From an uncultured Gammaproteobacteria bacterium (lineage in GTDB: Bacteria; Pseudomonadota; Gammaproteobacteria; UBA9214): a DNA stretch of 11,801 nt. The stretch covers positions 1 through 11,801 of the forward strand of contig CAWHCQ010000024.1 of assembly GCA_963827755.1 (NCBI GenBank), given 5' to 3'. Of the stretch, positions 1 through 9,240 are shown piece by piece. The notes beneath the pieces are model-generated. The model was given only the letters and a program-made list of their open reading frames with translations. It did not search any database and was not told the DNA's origin. Each line of letters begins with the position of its first letter. Within the stretch, counting starts at the first letter, position 1. A program made the position numbers and the translations under genes.

Positions 1-310
1 AGTAGAAACCGTTCTCGATGGCCGGACCGATGGTGACCTGCGTACCCGGATAGAGCTCCTGCACGGCCTGCGCCATCACATGCGCCGCGTCGTGACGCAT
101 CAGCTCAAGTGCATCCTCGTCCTTGCCGGTGATGATCGCCAGCGCGGCATCCTGCTCGATGAGGTATGAGGTATCGACCAGCTCGCCATCGACCCTGCCG
201 GCCAGTGCGGCCCTGGCAAGGCCGGGGCCGATATCGGCGGCGACATCATAAACGCTAACGGCTTGATTAAATTCACGGCGACTGCCGTCGGGAAGGGTTA
301 CTGTCGGCAT
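1..310 (-). CDS. thrS: Threonyl-tRNA synthetase, N-terminal part (runs off the window edge)
   Basis: Manual translation from ATG at 310 (minus): [46 protein letters not shown]...[33 protein letters not shown]. This is the TGS domain plus the HxxxH editing-domain motif of ThrRS. A GGAG Shine-Dalgarno lies upstream. Not in the supplied ORF track because the gene is partial. Confidence 0.97.
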   Translation of the reverse strand, partial: MPTVTLPDGSRREFNQAVSVYDVAADIGPGLARAALAGRVDGELVDTSYLIEQDAALAIITGKDEDALELMRHDAAHVMAQAVQELYPGTQVTIGPAIENGFY

Positions 311-325
311 TACTTCGCTCCAGTG

Positions 326-346
326 GTGACCGATACGAGGGGCCAC
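326..346 (-). promoter_or_regulatory. Putative thrS translational operator hairpin mimicking the tRNA-Thr anticodon arm
   Basis: Minus strand GTGGCC-CCTCGTATC-GGTCAC forms a 6-bp stem (one G-U pair) whose loop contains CU-CGU-A, a Thr anticodon, directly 5' of the thrS SD. Confidence 0.7.
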
Positions 347-354
347 ATGATGTA

Positions 355-386
355 TAAAAAAGAAAGCATCGGTCTGCCGATGCTTT
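355..386 (-). terminator. Rho-independent terminator downstream of tRNA-Val
   Basis: Perfect 10-bp stem AAAGCATCGG/CCGATGCTTT (363-372 and 377-386) with a 4-nt loop, followed on the minus strand by CTTTTTT. Confidence 0.8.
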
Positions 387-396
387 GTATTGAAGT

Positions 397-473
<77 letters not shown>

Positions 474-485
474 GCAAGGCGAACG

Positions 486-514
486 ACAATACCTGTAGTA
501 ACAGGCGGTTGCAA
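486..514 (-). promoter_or_regulatory. Sigma70-type promoter for tRNA-Val
   Basis: Minus strand TTGCAA (514-509), 17-nt spacer, TATTGT (491-486), then a GC-rich discriminator; the -10 ends 12 nt before the tRNA 5' end. Confidence 0.65.
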
Positions 515-548
515 TACCTGATACCACGCGTAACCGAAAAAACACCTT

Positions 549-612
549 GTAGGAGCCAGCGCCAGCTGGCGAACGCCCGATAGACAATTCGCCAGCTGGC
601 GCTGGCTCCTAC
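549..612. repeat. Inverted pair of GTAG-type REP sequences (REPIN-like doublet)
   Basis: GTAGGAGCCAGCGCCAGCTGGCGAA (549-573) and its exact reverse complement (588-612), separated by 14 nt. Each unit begins with GTAG and has an internal palindrome. Confidence 0.85.
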
Positions 613-628
613 GCACGAGGCAACAGCT

Positions 629-652
629 GCAGGAGCGGATCTCATCCGCGAT
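629..652 (+). repeat. Degenerate single REP of a second sequence class
   Basis: GCAGGAGCGGATCTCATCCGCGAT has a GTAG>GCAG head, then GA, an internal palindrome GCGGAT/ATCCGC and a GA tail, the same architecture as the adjacent REPs. Confidence 0.55.
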
Positions 653-690
653 CAGGAACGAACTGACGCGCCTGCCGCCAGGCCCGCCCC

Positions 691-2703
<2,013 letters not shown>

Positions 2704-2777
2704 GGGCTATTATCCCACCACTGAAGTTGAGTATGATTGCACCGGGTTCACCATCATCGAATAACAGGATTACCATC

Positions 2778-3968
2778 TTGGAAAAAATCAAACTTGCGAA
2801 CCGGGTACAACGTGTCAAACCCTCGCCCACGCTTGCCGTCACGGCGCGTGTCGCCGAACTGCGTGCAGCCGGCAAGGATATCATCGGACTCGGTGCCGGT
2901 GAGCCGGATTTCGACACCCCGGACCATATCAAGGCGGCGGGCATCAAGGCCATCAAGGACGGTTTCACCCGCTATACCGCCGTTGACGGCACGCCAAGCC
3001 TGAAACAGGCGATTATAGCGAAATTCAAACACGACAACGGGCTGGACTACGCCGCGGACCAGGTACTGGTCTCCTGTGGCGGCAAACAGAGTTTCTACAA
3101 CCTTGTCATGGCGCTGCTGAATCCGGGCGACGAAGTCATTATCCCGGCCCCCTACTGGGTCTCCTACCCGGACATGGTCCGCCTTGCCGATGGCGAACCG
3201 GTGATCATCCAGGCCGGCGTCGAGACCGGATTCAAGATCACTCCGGCGCAGCTGGAAGCGGCGATAACACCGCGAACCCGTCTTTTCGTCATCAACAGCC
3301 CGTCCAACCCGACCGGCATCGCCTATACGAAGGAGGAACTCGCGGCGCTCGGGGCCGTCCTCAGGAACTGCCCCCACGTGCTGATTGCCACCGATGACAT
3401 GTACGAACACATCCTCTGGAGCAAGGAGCCGTTCAGCAACATCCTCAACGCCTGCCCGGAACTCTACGAGCGCACCATCGTGCTCAACGGGGTTTCCAAG
3501 GTCTATGCCATGACCGGCTGGCGCATCGGCTACTGCGGCGGCCCGGCCGACCTGATCAAGGCGATGAAAAAAGTGCAGTCGCAAAGCACGTCCAACCCGA
3601 CCTCGATTTCACAGGTGGCTGCACAGGCCGCGCTGGAAGGCGACCAGTCCTGCATCAAGCCCATGATCAAGGCCTTCAAGGAACGTCATGATTACGTTGT
3701 TGCGGCGCTCAACGCCATCGAAGGTGTCACCTGCCTGCCGGCAGACGGCACCTTTTATGTCTTTCCACATTTGCAGGCCATTATCGACCGCCTTGACGGC
3801 ATCAACAATGACATCGAGCTCGCGGAATACCTGCTGGATGAAGCCGGCGTCGCACTGGTACCCGGCTCCGCCTTCGGCGCACCCGGGTATGTGCGTATCT
3901 CCTTTGCCACCAGTATGGCAATCCTGGAAGACGCCCTCACCCGCCTCGCAAAAGCACTGACGCCCTGA
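2778..3968 (+). CDS. aspC: PLP-dependent aminotransferase class I/II (aspartate aminotransferase subfamily Ib-like)
   Basis: Motifs GAGEPDFDTP, PAPYWVSY, NSPSNPTG, DDMY and the PLP-lysine motif GVSKVYAMTGWRIGY. Start moved from 2727 to the in-frame TTG at 2778, which follows AGGA (2766-2769). Substrate specificity is inferred. Confidence 0.9.
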   Translation: MEKIKLANRVQRVKPSPTLAVTARVAELRAAGKDIIGLGAGEPDFDTPDHIKAAGIKAIKDGFTRYTAVDGTPSLKQAIIAKFKHDNGLDYAADQVLVSCGGKQSFYNLVMALLNPGDEVIIPAPYWVSYPDMVRLADGEPVIIQAGVETGFKITPAQLEAAITPRTRLFVINSPSNPTGIAYTKEELAALGAVLRNCPHVLIATDDMYEHILWSKEPFSNILNACPELYERTIVLNGVSKVYAMTGWRIGYCGGPADLIKAMKKVQSQSTSNPTSISQVAAQAALEGDQSCIKPMIKAFKERHDYVVAALNAIEGVTCLPADGTFYVFPHLQAIIDRLDGINNDIELAEYLLDEAGVALVPGSAFGAPGYVRISFATSMAILEDALTRLAKALTP

Positions 3969-4031
3969 GCCGGGGCCTGCCCCGGACCAGGGATCGATCC
4001 TCTACCGGGGGCCGTGCTCCGCCCGCTCCGG

Positions 4032-4060
4032 TTGGCATTTCACTGAATATCGTCTACATT
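4032..4060 (+). promoter_or_regulatory. Candidate sigma70 promoter for the cytochrome c/Fe-S/NrfD operon
   Basis: TTGGCA (4032-4037), 17-nt spacer, TACATT (4055-4060) in an AT-rich intergenic stretch. Confidence 0.4.
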
Positions 4061-4126
4061 TTATAGGTATCGGAATGTTTACGTCACTTCGATCAGGAAT
4101 CCGGAGAATGCACAGGGGTCCAGAAT

Positions 4127-4694
4127 ATGCTGCAATGGCTGTGGATGATTGTCGCTTTCAGCACGCCCGGCATCCTCGCTGCCGCGGAGGCTGATTCACG
4201 CCAGGCCGGAATACAAGCTCTACCCCGAAGCCCCGGACTTCACGGTCCAGCCACGCGATAAAGAACTGCAATTCCGCGATTGTTCTCGTTGCCACGAGGA
4301 AGAGGACATCGATCCTGAACCCCGCCGGCTGAGGACGCGGCATGTGCGCGAGATCGATCATGGCGGCAACAGGTTCTGGTGCCTGACCTGCCATGCCGGC
4401 GACAACATCGATTATCTGCGCACATCGAATAACGAGAAAATTGAATTCGGGCAGTCTTACCTCATCTGCGGGTCCTGCCACGCCGATCGCCAGAAGGACT
4501 GGTATTTCGGTGCCCATGGCAAGCGGGTGAGCGGCTGGCAGGATGAACGGGTCATCCTCGCCTGTACCCACTGCCATGACCCCCACAAACCGGCCGTCAC
4601 TCCACGGGCACCCAAGGCACGTCCACCGGTTCGCGTCGGGCTGGAAAGGCAGGAGCATCATCCCCCCGCGGCAACGAGGACGTGGGACCGTTAA
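4127..4694 (+). CDS. Periplasmic tetraheme c-type cytochrome, apparently frameshifted after the signal peptide
   Basis: Four CxxCH motifs (CSRCH, CLTCH, CGSCH, CTHCH) lie in the 4149-4694 frame. A signal-peptide-like segment MLQWLWMIVAFSTPGILAAAEADS starts at ATG 4127 (SD AGGGG 4114-4118) in a different frame that stops at 4259-4261. Confidence 0.8.
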
Positions 4695-4719
4695 CCGGCA
4701 CGCAAGCGGAGCATGCACC

Positions 4720-5658
4720 ATGGCAGGCAAACAAGACACCAAAAACAAACCTGAAACGATTGACCATTACCGCCGGGCGTTCCTCAAGCGACTTGGAGTC
4801 ACTACGGCTGCGACTGTCGGCGCCACTTCTGCCCATGGCGCATGGGGCGGCAAGACGCTGGGCGATACCTTTGCCGATTTTTTCCAGCAACACTATCAGC
4901 GGATGACGCCGGAGGAACTGCAGGAGACGCTGGAGAGGATCGAACGCAAGGCGAAACGGCAATATGGAACAGCGATCAGCTGTACCGACACGCCTCCCCT
5001 GGAGGGTGTGATTTTCGGTTACGCCATCAATATTTCGAAGTGCAAGGGCTATCGTGACTGTGTCGAGGCCTGCGCAGTTGAAAATAATCTGGGACCTGAT
5101 ATTCGCTACATCCATGTCCTGGAAATGGATGAAGGCAGTACCAACCTGGAGCTGGCTGATCGCTATTACGAACATGAAACAGTTCCCGTGGAGGGAAAAT
5201 ACTATATGCCTGTACAGTGCATGCAGTGCGACGACCCGCCCTGCGTCAAGGCATGCCCGGTTGAGGCAACCTGGATGGAATCCGATGGCATCGTCGTGGT
5301 TGACTACGACTGGTGTATTGGATGTCGTTACTGCATGTCGGCCTGTCCCTATTCGGCGCGCTTTTTCAACTGGACCCGGCCTGATATTCCTGCCGACAGA
5401 ATCAACCCGAATACCAACTATCTCGGCAACCGGCCGCGACCGGTCGGTGTCGTGGAGAAGTGCCACTTCTGTACCCAGCGCACCCGCAAGGGGCGACAGC
5501 CGGCCTGCCAGGAGGCCTGTCCGACGGGTGCGCGCGTCTTCGGTAATTTACTCGATCCGAACAGCGAGATCCGCTATGTGCTCGAGCACAAGGCAGTTTT
5601 CCGCTTGAAGGAGGATCTGGGCACGGAACCCAAGTTCTGGTACTACGCTGACCGCTGA
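4720..5658 (+). CDS. Tat-exported 4Fe-4S multicluster protein (NrfC/DsrO/QrcC/PsrB family)
   Basis: ATG 4720 with GGAG SD at 4708-4711. Twin-arginine motif YRRAFLKR. Four ferredoxin Cys groups: CKGYRDCVEAC, CMQCDDPPCVKACP, CIGCRYCMSACP and CHFC...CQEACP. Family-typical C-terminus LGTEPKFWY. 312 aa. Confidence 0.92.
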   Translation: MAGKQDTKNKPETIDHYRRAFLKRLGVTTAATVGATSAHGAWGGKTLGDTFADFFQQHYQRMTPEELQETLERIERKAKRQYGTAISCTDTPPLEGVIFGYAINISKCKGYRDCVEACAVENNLGPDIRYIHVLEMDEGSTNLELADRYYEHETVPVEGKYYMPVQCMQCDDPPCVKACPVEATWMESDGIVVVDYDWCIGCRYCMSACPYSARFFNWTRPDIPADRINPNTNYLGNRPRPVGVVEKCHFCTQRTRKGRQPACQEACPTGARVFGNLLDPNSEIRYVLEHKAVFRLKEDLGTEPKFWYYADR

Positions 5659-5668
5659 GGGATAGTCC

Positions 5669-6941
5669 ATGGCCTTGCTACTGTTTTTTCGCGACGTCTT
5701 CAGGGAGTTATTCCGGGGTTCATTGCATTTACTGGGCATGGATCGTGTTCCTGTGGGCAATCATTGCCCTGGGCGGCTGGAAATATATCGGCCAGCTCAA
5801 TAACGGCCTTGTCGTCACCAATATGAGCAACCAGGTCTCCTGGGGCTTTTATATATCGAATTTCACCTTTCTGGTCGGGGTGGCCGCGGCGGCGGTCATG
5901 CTGGTGATTCCCGCCTATATCTTCGACCGCAAGGACATCCGCGATGTCGTCCTGCTGGGTGACACCATGGCCGTGACGGCGGTGTTCATGGCAATGCTGT
6001 TCGTTATTGTCGACATTGGCCGGCCCGACCGCCTCTGGCACATGATCCCGCTGATCGGCAGCTTCAATTTTCCCGCTTCGCTGCTGGCCTGGGATGTCGT
6101 CGTACTGAGCGGTTACCTGCTGCTCAACCTGGGTATCTCCTTCTACCTTCTGTTCAGCCACTACCAGGGCCATGAGGCAAAGCTGAAGGCATACCTGCCC
6201 TTTATCATGCTCGCCATCTTCTGGGCCATATCGATCCACACCGTCACGGCCTTTCTGTATTCGGCGAATACGGGCCGGCCCTTCTGGCACAATGCGCTGC
6301 TGGCGCCGCGCTTCATCGCCTCGGCATTCTGTTCCGGTCCGGCGATTGCCATCCTCATCCTGCAAATTGTACGCAAGCTCGCCGGCTATCCGGTGCGGCA
6401 GAGCGCAATCGACACCCTGCGCGTCACCATGACCGTGTCGCTGCAGATTACGCTGTTTTTTGTGGTCGCCGAGCTGTTTACAGACTTCTACTCCGAAGGC
6501 GCACATTCCGCCTCGGCTCACTACCTGTTCTTCGGCCTGCACGGGGCAGCCAAGCTGACACCATGGATCTGGACCGCACTGGCACTGCTCGTGATTGCCG
6601 TGACTATCCTGATGATCCATAACCTGCGGCGCAATCCGCTCTTGTTCAATATTGCCTGCGTACTGACTGTGGTCGGCGTATGGATCGAAAAAGGCATGGG
6701 GCTGGTGATCCCCGGTTACATCCCGACGCCCCTTGGTGAAATATTCGAATACCTTCCGAATTCGACCGAGGTGATGATCAGCCTGGGAATCCTCGCCATC
6801 GGCCTGCTGACATTTACCCTGTTAGCCAAGGCGGGCATGGCCGTTGAGCGGGGTCAGGTAAGCCTGCGCGACGACATCGAGGAAGAACTGGCGGGCCTGA
6901 CCAGCGAGGAGGAAAGTAAACCCGTGCACACCACCGGGTGA
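5669..6941 (+). CDS. NrfD/PsrC/DsrP-family quinone-interacting membrane protein, apparently frameshifted near codon 20
   Basis: Multi-TM protein with family motifs GLVVTNMSNQVSWGFYISNFTFLVGVAAAA, DIGRPDRLWH, SLLAWD, SIHTVTAFL and GVWIEKG. The likely true start is ATG 5669 (SD GAGGG) in another frame; see findings. Confidence 0.9.
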
Positions 6942-6980
6942 TTTCATTGCGCCGGATCAAGGTGGCAATAACCGTGTAAA

Positions 6981-7745
6981 TCAGGGCTTCTTGATACCCT
7001 TTGCAGCTTTCAGATCAGTACCGCGCAGATTCGCCTTGCGAATGTCCGTGCCGTGCATGTCAGCCTTGCTCACATTTGCCTTGGTCAAACGCGAATTGCG
7101 CAGGTTCGCCCCGCTCAGATTGGCGCCGCTCAGGTTCACCTTGCGCAAATCGGCACTGTGAAGATTGGCCTTGCGCAAATCGGCGCCGTGAAGACTGGCC
7201 CTGCGCATCTTTGCCTTGCGCAAGTCGGTTTTGCGCAAATCCGCCTTGTCTAATTGCGCCCCGCACAGATCCGCCCTTTTCAGACCCGCGCCGACAAGCC
7301 GGGCTTTGGTAAGGTTTGCATCGCTCAGGTCCGCGTCATCGAGATAGGCACCGCTGAGTACCGCTGCGGAAAGGTTCGCCGTCTCCAGAACCGCTTTGCG
7401 GAAGTCCGTTGAGCGAAGGTCTGCCCTGGTCAACACGGCATCGGTGAGATCCGCGCCACGTACATTCGCCTCGCGCAGATCTGCGTCCGAGAGATCGGCG
7501 CCGCGAAGATTCGCATCCCTGAGATCGGCATTCCTGAGGCTTGCGCCGCGCAGGTCCGCACCCTCAAGATCCATGCTGCCGAGGTCCATCCCGTCCAGCT
7601 CGGCATGGCAAAGCTCCGGTATCACGCCCGGATGGTTTTTCCGCCATTCATGCCAGACGCCGCTGCCCTGTTCAAGAACACTGATATGTTCCTGATTGGC
7701 CGTTGCAATATTTTCCCCGGAGATGTCCGGCTGTTCAGTAAGCAT
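6981..7745 (-). CDS. Pentapeptide repeat-containing protein
   Basis: About 200 aa of tandem A(D/N)Lxx repeats after an ANQEH...QG...WHEWRKNHP N-terminal cap. A GGGAG SD precedes ATG 7745. Confidence 0.93.
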   Translation of the reverse strand: MLTEQPDISGENIATANQEHISVLEQGSGVWHEWRKNHPGVIPELCHAELDGMDLGSMDLEGADLRGASLRNADLRDANLRGADLSDADLREANVRGADLTDAVLTRADLRSTDFRKAVLETANLSAAVLSGAYLDDADLSDANLTKARLVGAGLKRADLCGAQLDKADLRKTDLRKAKMRRASLHGADLRKANLHSADLRKVNLSGANLSGANLRNSRLTKANVSKADMHGTDIRKANLRGTDLKAAKGIKKP

Positions 7746-7887
7746 ATTTCTCCCATCCCGATTCCATCATATTCAAGCGGCCCGTCCTGGCAAAACCTGC
7801 GAGAAGGCCGGTATATTCAACCGGGTAGATTGTTATCTTACGCCCGGCCTCACCTGGTTAACATACCAGGGACTTTGCAAGCAAATT

Positions 7888-7901
7888 GCATGTTAACATG
7901 C
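7888..7901. promoter_or_regulatory. Perfect 14-bp palindrome, candidate transcription factor site in a divergent intergenic region
   Basis: GCATGTTAACATGC is its own reverse complement and lies between the divergent pentapeptide and START-domain genes. Confidence 0.35.
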
Positions 7902-8064
7902 GCTTTCTTCCATGTATAAAGGGAAAAACAGGTGGTACAAAATGCCCGGGGTCAGCGAGGCCCGATTTCGTCGCTTGATAAAGGCCTTTACCCTGTATAT
8001 TGCGACCAGTGCAGGCAACAGCACCTGTACCGCAAATATTATTAACCCCTGACGAACGTGATCC

Positions 8065-8499
8065 GTGCACTATACCGATTCCAGGCAGCTACCTTATCCA
8101 TGCCGACAGGTGTTCGATGTGGTCGCCGATATCGAGCGCTACCCCGAGTTTCTACCCGGCTGGACACAAGCGCGGATACTGCGGAGGAATGACAACTGCC
8201 TGTATGCCGAGCAGCAGCTGCAGACGGGACCTGCCGTGTTTCACTTTCACTCCACGGCACGGCTGCAACCCTGCAGCGGTATTCACATAAGTGCAAATGA
8301 TGGTCCCTTCCGCGAACTGGATATCGACTGGCGCTTTACCGAATCGGACGAATACCACTGCACGGTGACGCTGGATCTCGTGCTGGCCATGAGACCCGGA
8401 CTGATCAACAGTGCCTTGAAGATGATGCTGGAAACCGGCAGCAGCCAGCTGCTGCCGTTGTTCGAGCGCCGCGCCCGAATGCTGTATTCACAAACCTGA
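8065..8499 (+). CDS. Coq10/RatA(PasT)-family START/SRPBCC domain protein
   Basis: 144 aa with LPYPCRQVFDVVADIERYPEFLPGW, GPFRELDIDWRF and C-terminal FERRARMLY, all hallmarks of Coq10/RatA. GTG start with a weak SD. Confidence 0.88.
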   Translation: MHYTDSRQLPYPCRQVFDVVADIERYPEFLPGWTQARILRRNDNCLYAEQQLQTGPAVFHFHSTARLQPCSGIHISANDGPFRELDIDWRFTESDEYHCTVTLDLVLAMRPGLINSALKMMLETGSSQLLPLFERRARMLYSQT

Positions 8500-8657
8500 C
8501 AGGCGAATTGTCAGTTACTGCAGGTTCCTGCAGAAAAAATGTGTTTTTTTTCCGGGCGGATTGCAATAGGATAAAGCCACTCTGCCATTCGCAGCCGAAT
8601 GATCTGACTCAGCACTGCGCAGGGTTAATCCACTGTCATTACTACCCGGGGGAAACT

Positions 8658-9221
8658 ATGCAATCACAGGAAATTACCGAAGAGATGATCTTCCAATGCT
8701 TCGCGGCGGCTCAACAGTCCGAGCAATCCGATAAAACCGCGGAATCATTCGTTGACGTGGAAGAGTATGAGAACCAGATCATGTACCCTGAATTTGCCCG
8801 CTGGGCAAAACAGGCCGGTTACCCACAGCTGGCCACGCTGTTCCGCAAGGTAGCCGGTGAGGAAAAACTGCATGCCGTGTGGCTACGAGCCCTCTATGAA
8901 GATATAGGTGTACCGCAACGTGGTGAAGATACCCGGCGCGCAATCGACGCACTCAACACCATTCGTGCCAACTGCGATGAACTGATCGCGATGAATCCGG
9001 ACGGCGTGGTCGAAAAAGCACTGAGTGTCGCTATTCGGGTGGAAGAGCGCGAATACATGGACATCTATCCACGTTTCCGTGACCAGGCACTGGCCGATGG
9101 AAATACCAGGGCGGCAGAGGTCTACCAGAGAGTCATTGATTCCGAGCAGGAGCATGCGCAGTGGTTTACTGCTGCGTTAAGTGATTTCCGCTCGGGCGCG
9201 ATGGTGCCGGCATCCGCCTGA
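8658..9221 (+). CDS. Ferritin-like diiron protein of the rubrerythrin group, symerythrin-like, with no rubredoxin domain
   Basis: ATG 8658 follows a G-rich SD; 187 aa. Two homologous halves, VEEYENQIMYPEFA...EEKLH and VEEREYMDIYPRFR...SEQEH, each ExxE-x30-ExxH. No CxxC rubredoxin motifs. Confidence 0.85.
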   Translation: MQSQEITEEMIFQCFAAAQQSEQSDKTAESFVDVEEYENQIMYPEFARWAKQAGYPQLATLFRKVAGEEKLHAVWLRALYEDIGVPQRGEDTRRAIDALNTIRANCDELIAMNPDGVVEKALSVAIRVEEREYMDIYPRFRDQALADGNTRAAEVYQRVIDSEQEHAQWFTAALSDFRSGAMVPASA

Positions 9222-9240
9222 ATAGCTAGTTCATTTTCGT

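Noticed and set aside
492-505. CCTGTAGTAACAGG as a LexA box
   Set aside because: The CTGT-ACAG spacing is 4 nt rather than 8, and it lies downstream of uvrB. No canonical SOS box was seen in the uvrB upstream region (2704-2777).
2754-6620. Long minus-strand ORFs (276, 196, 289 and 306 aa) opposite the aminotransferase and redox operon
   Set aside because: Antisense shadow ORFs that fully overlap well-supported genes.
7020-7600. 15-bp periodic DNA repeats
   Set aside because: Fully explained by pentapeptide-repeat coding on the minus strand.
7993-8009. CTGTATATTGCGACCAG as a LexA box upstream of the START gene
   Set aside because: It is CTG-N11-CAG, one base longer than the strict CTG-N10-CAG consensus.
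8508-8657. N-terminal extension of the diiron ORF from TTG 8508 (likewise starts at 2727 and 4543)
   Set aside because: These extensions have no SD and a non-protein-like composition; the downstream starts (8658, 2778, 4720) have SDs and match family N-termini.
8065-9221. RatA plus downstream gene as a toxin-antitoxin pair
   Set aside because: The downstream gene is a diiron protein rather than RatB, and the family is better supported as Coq10-like.
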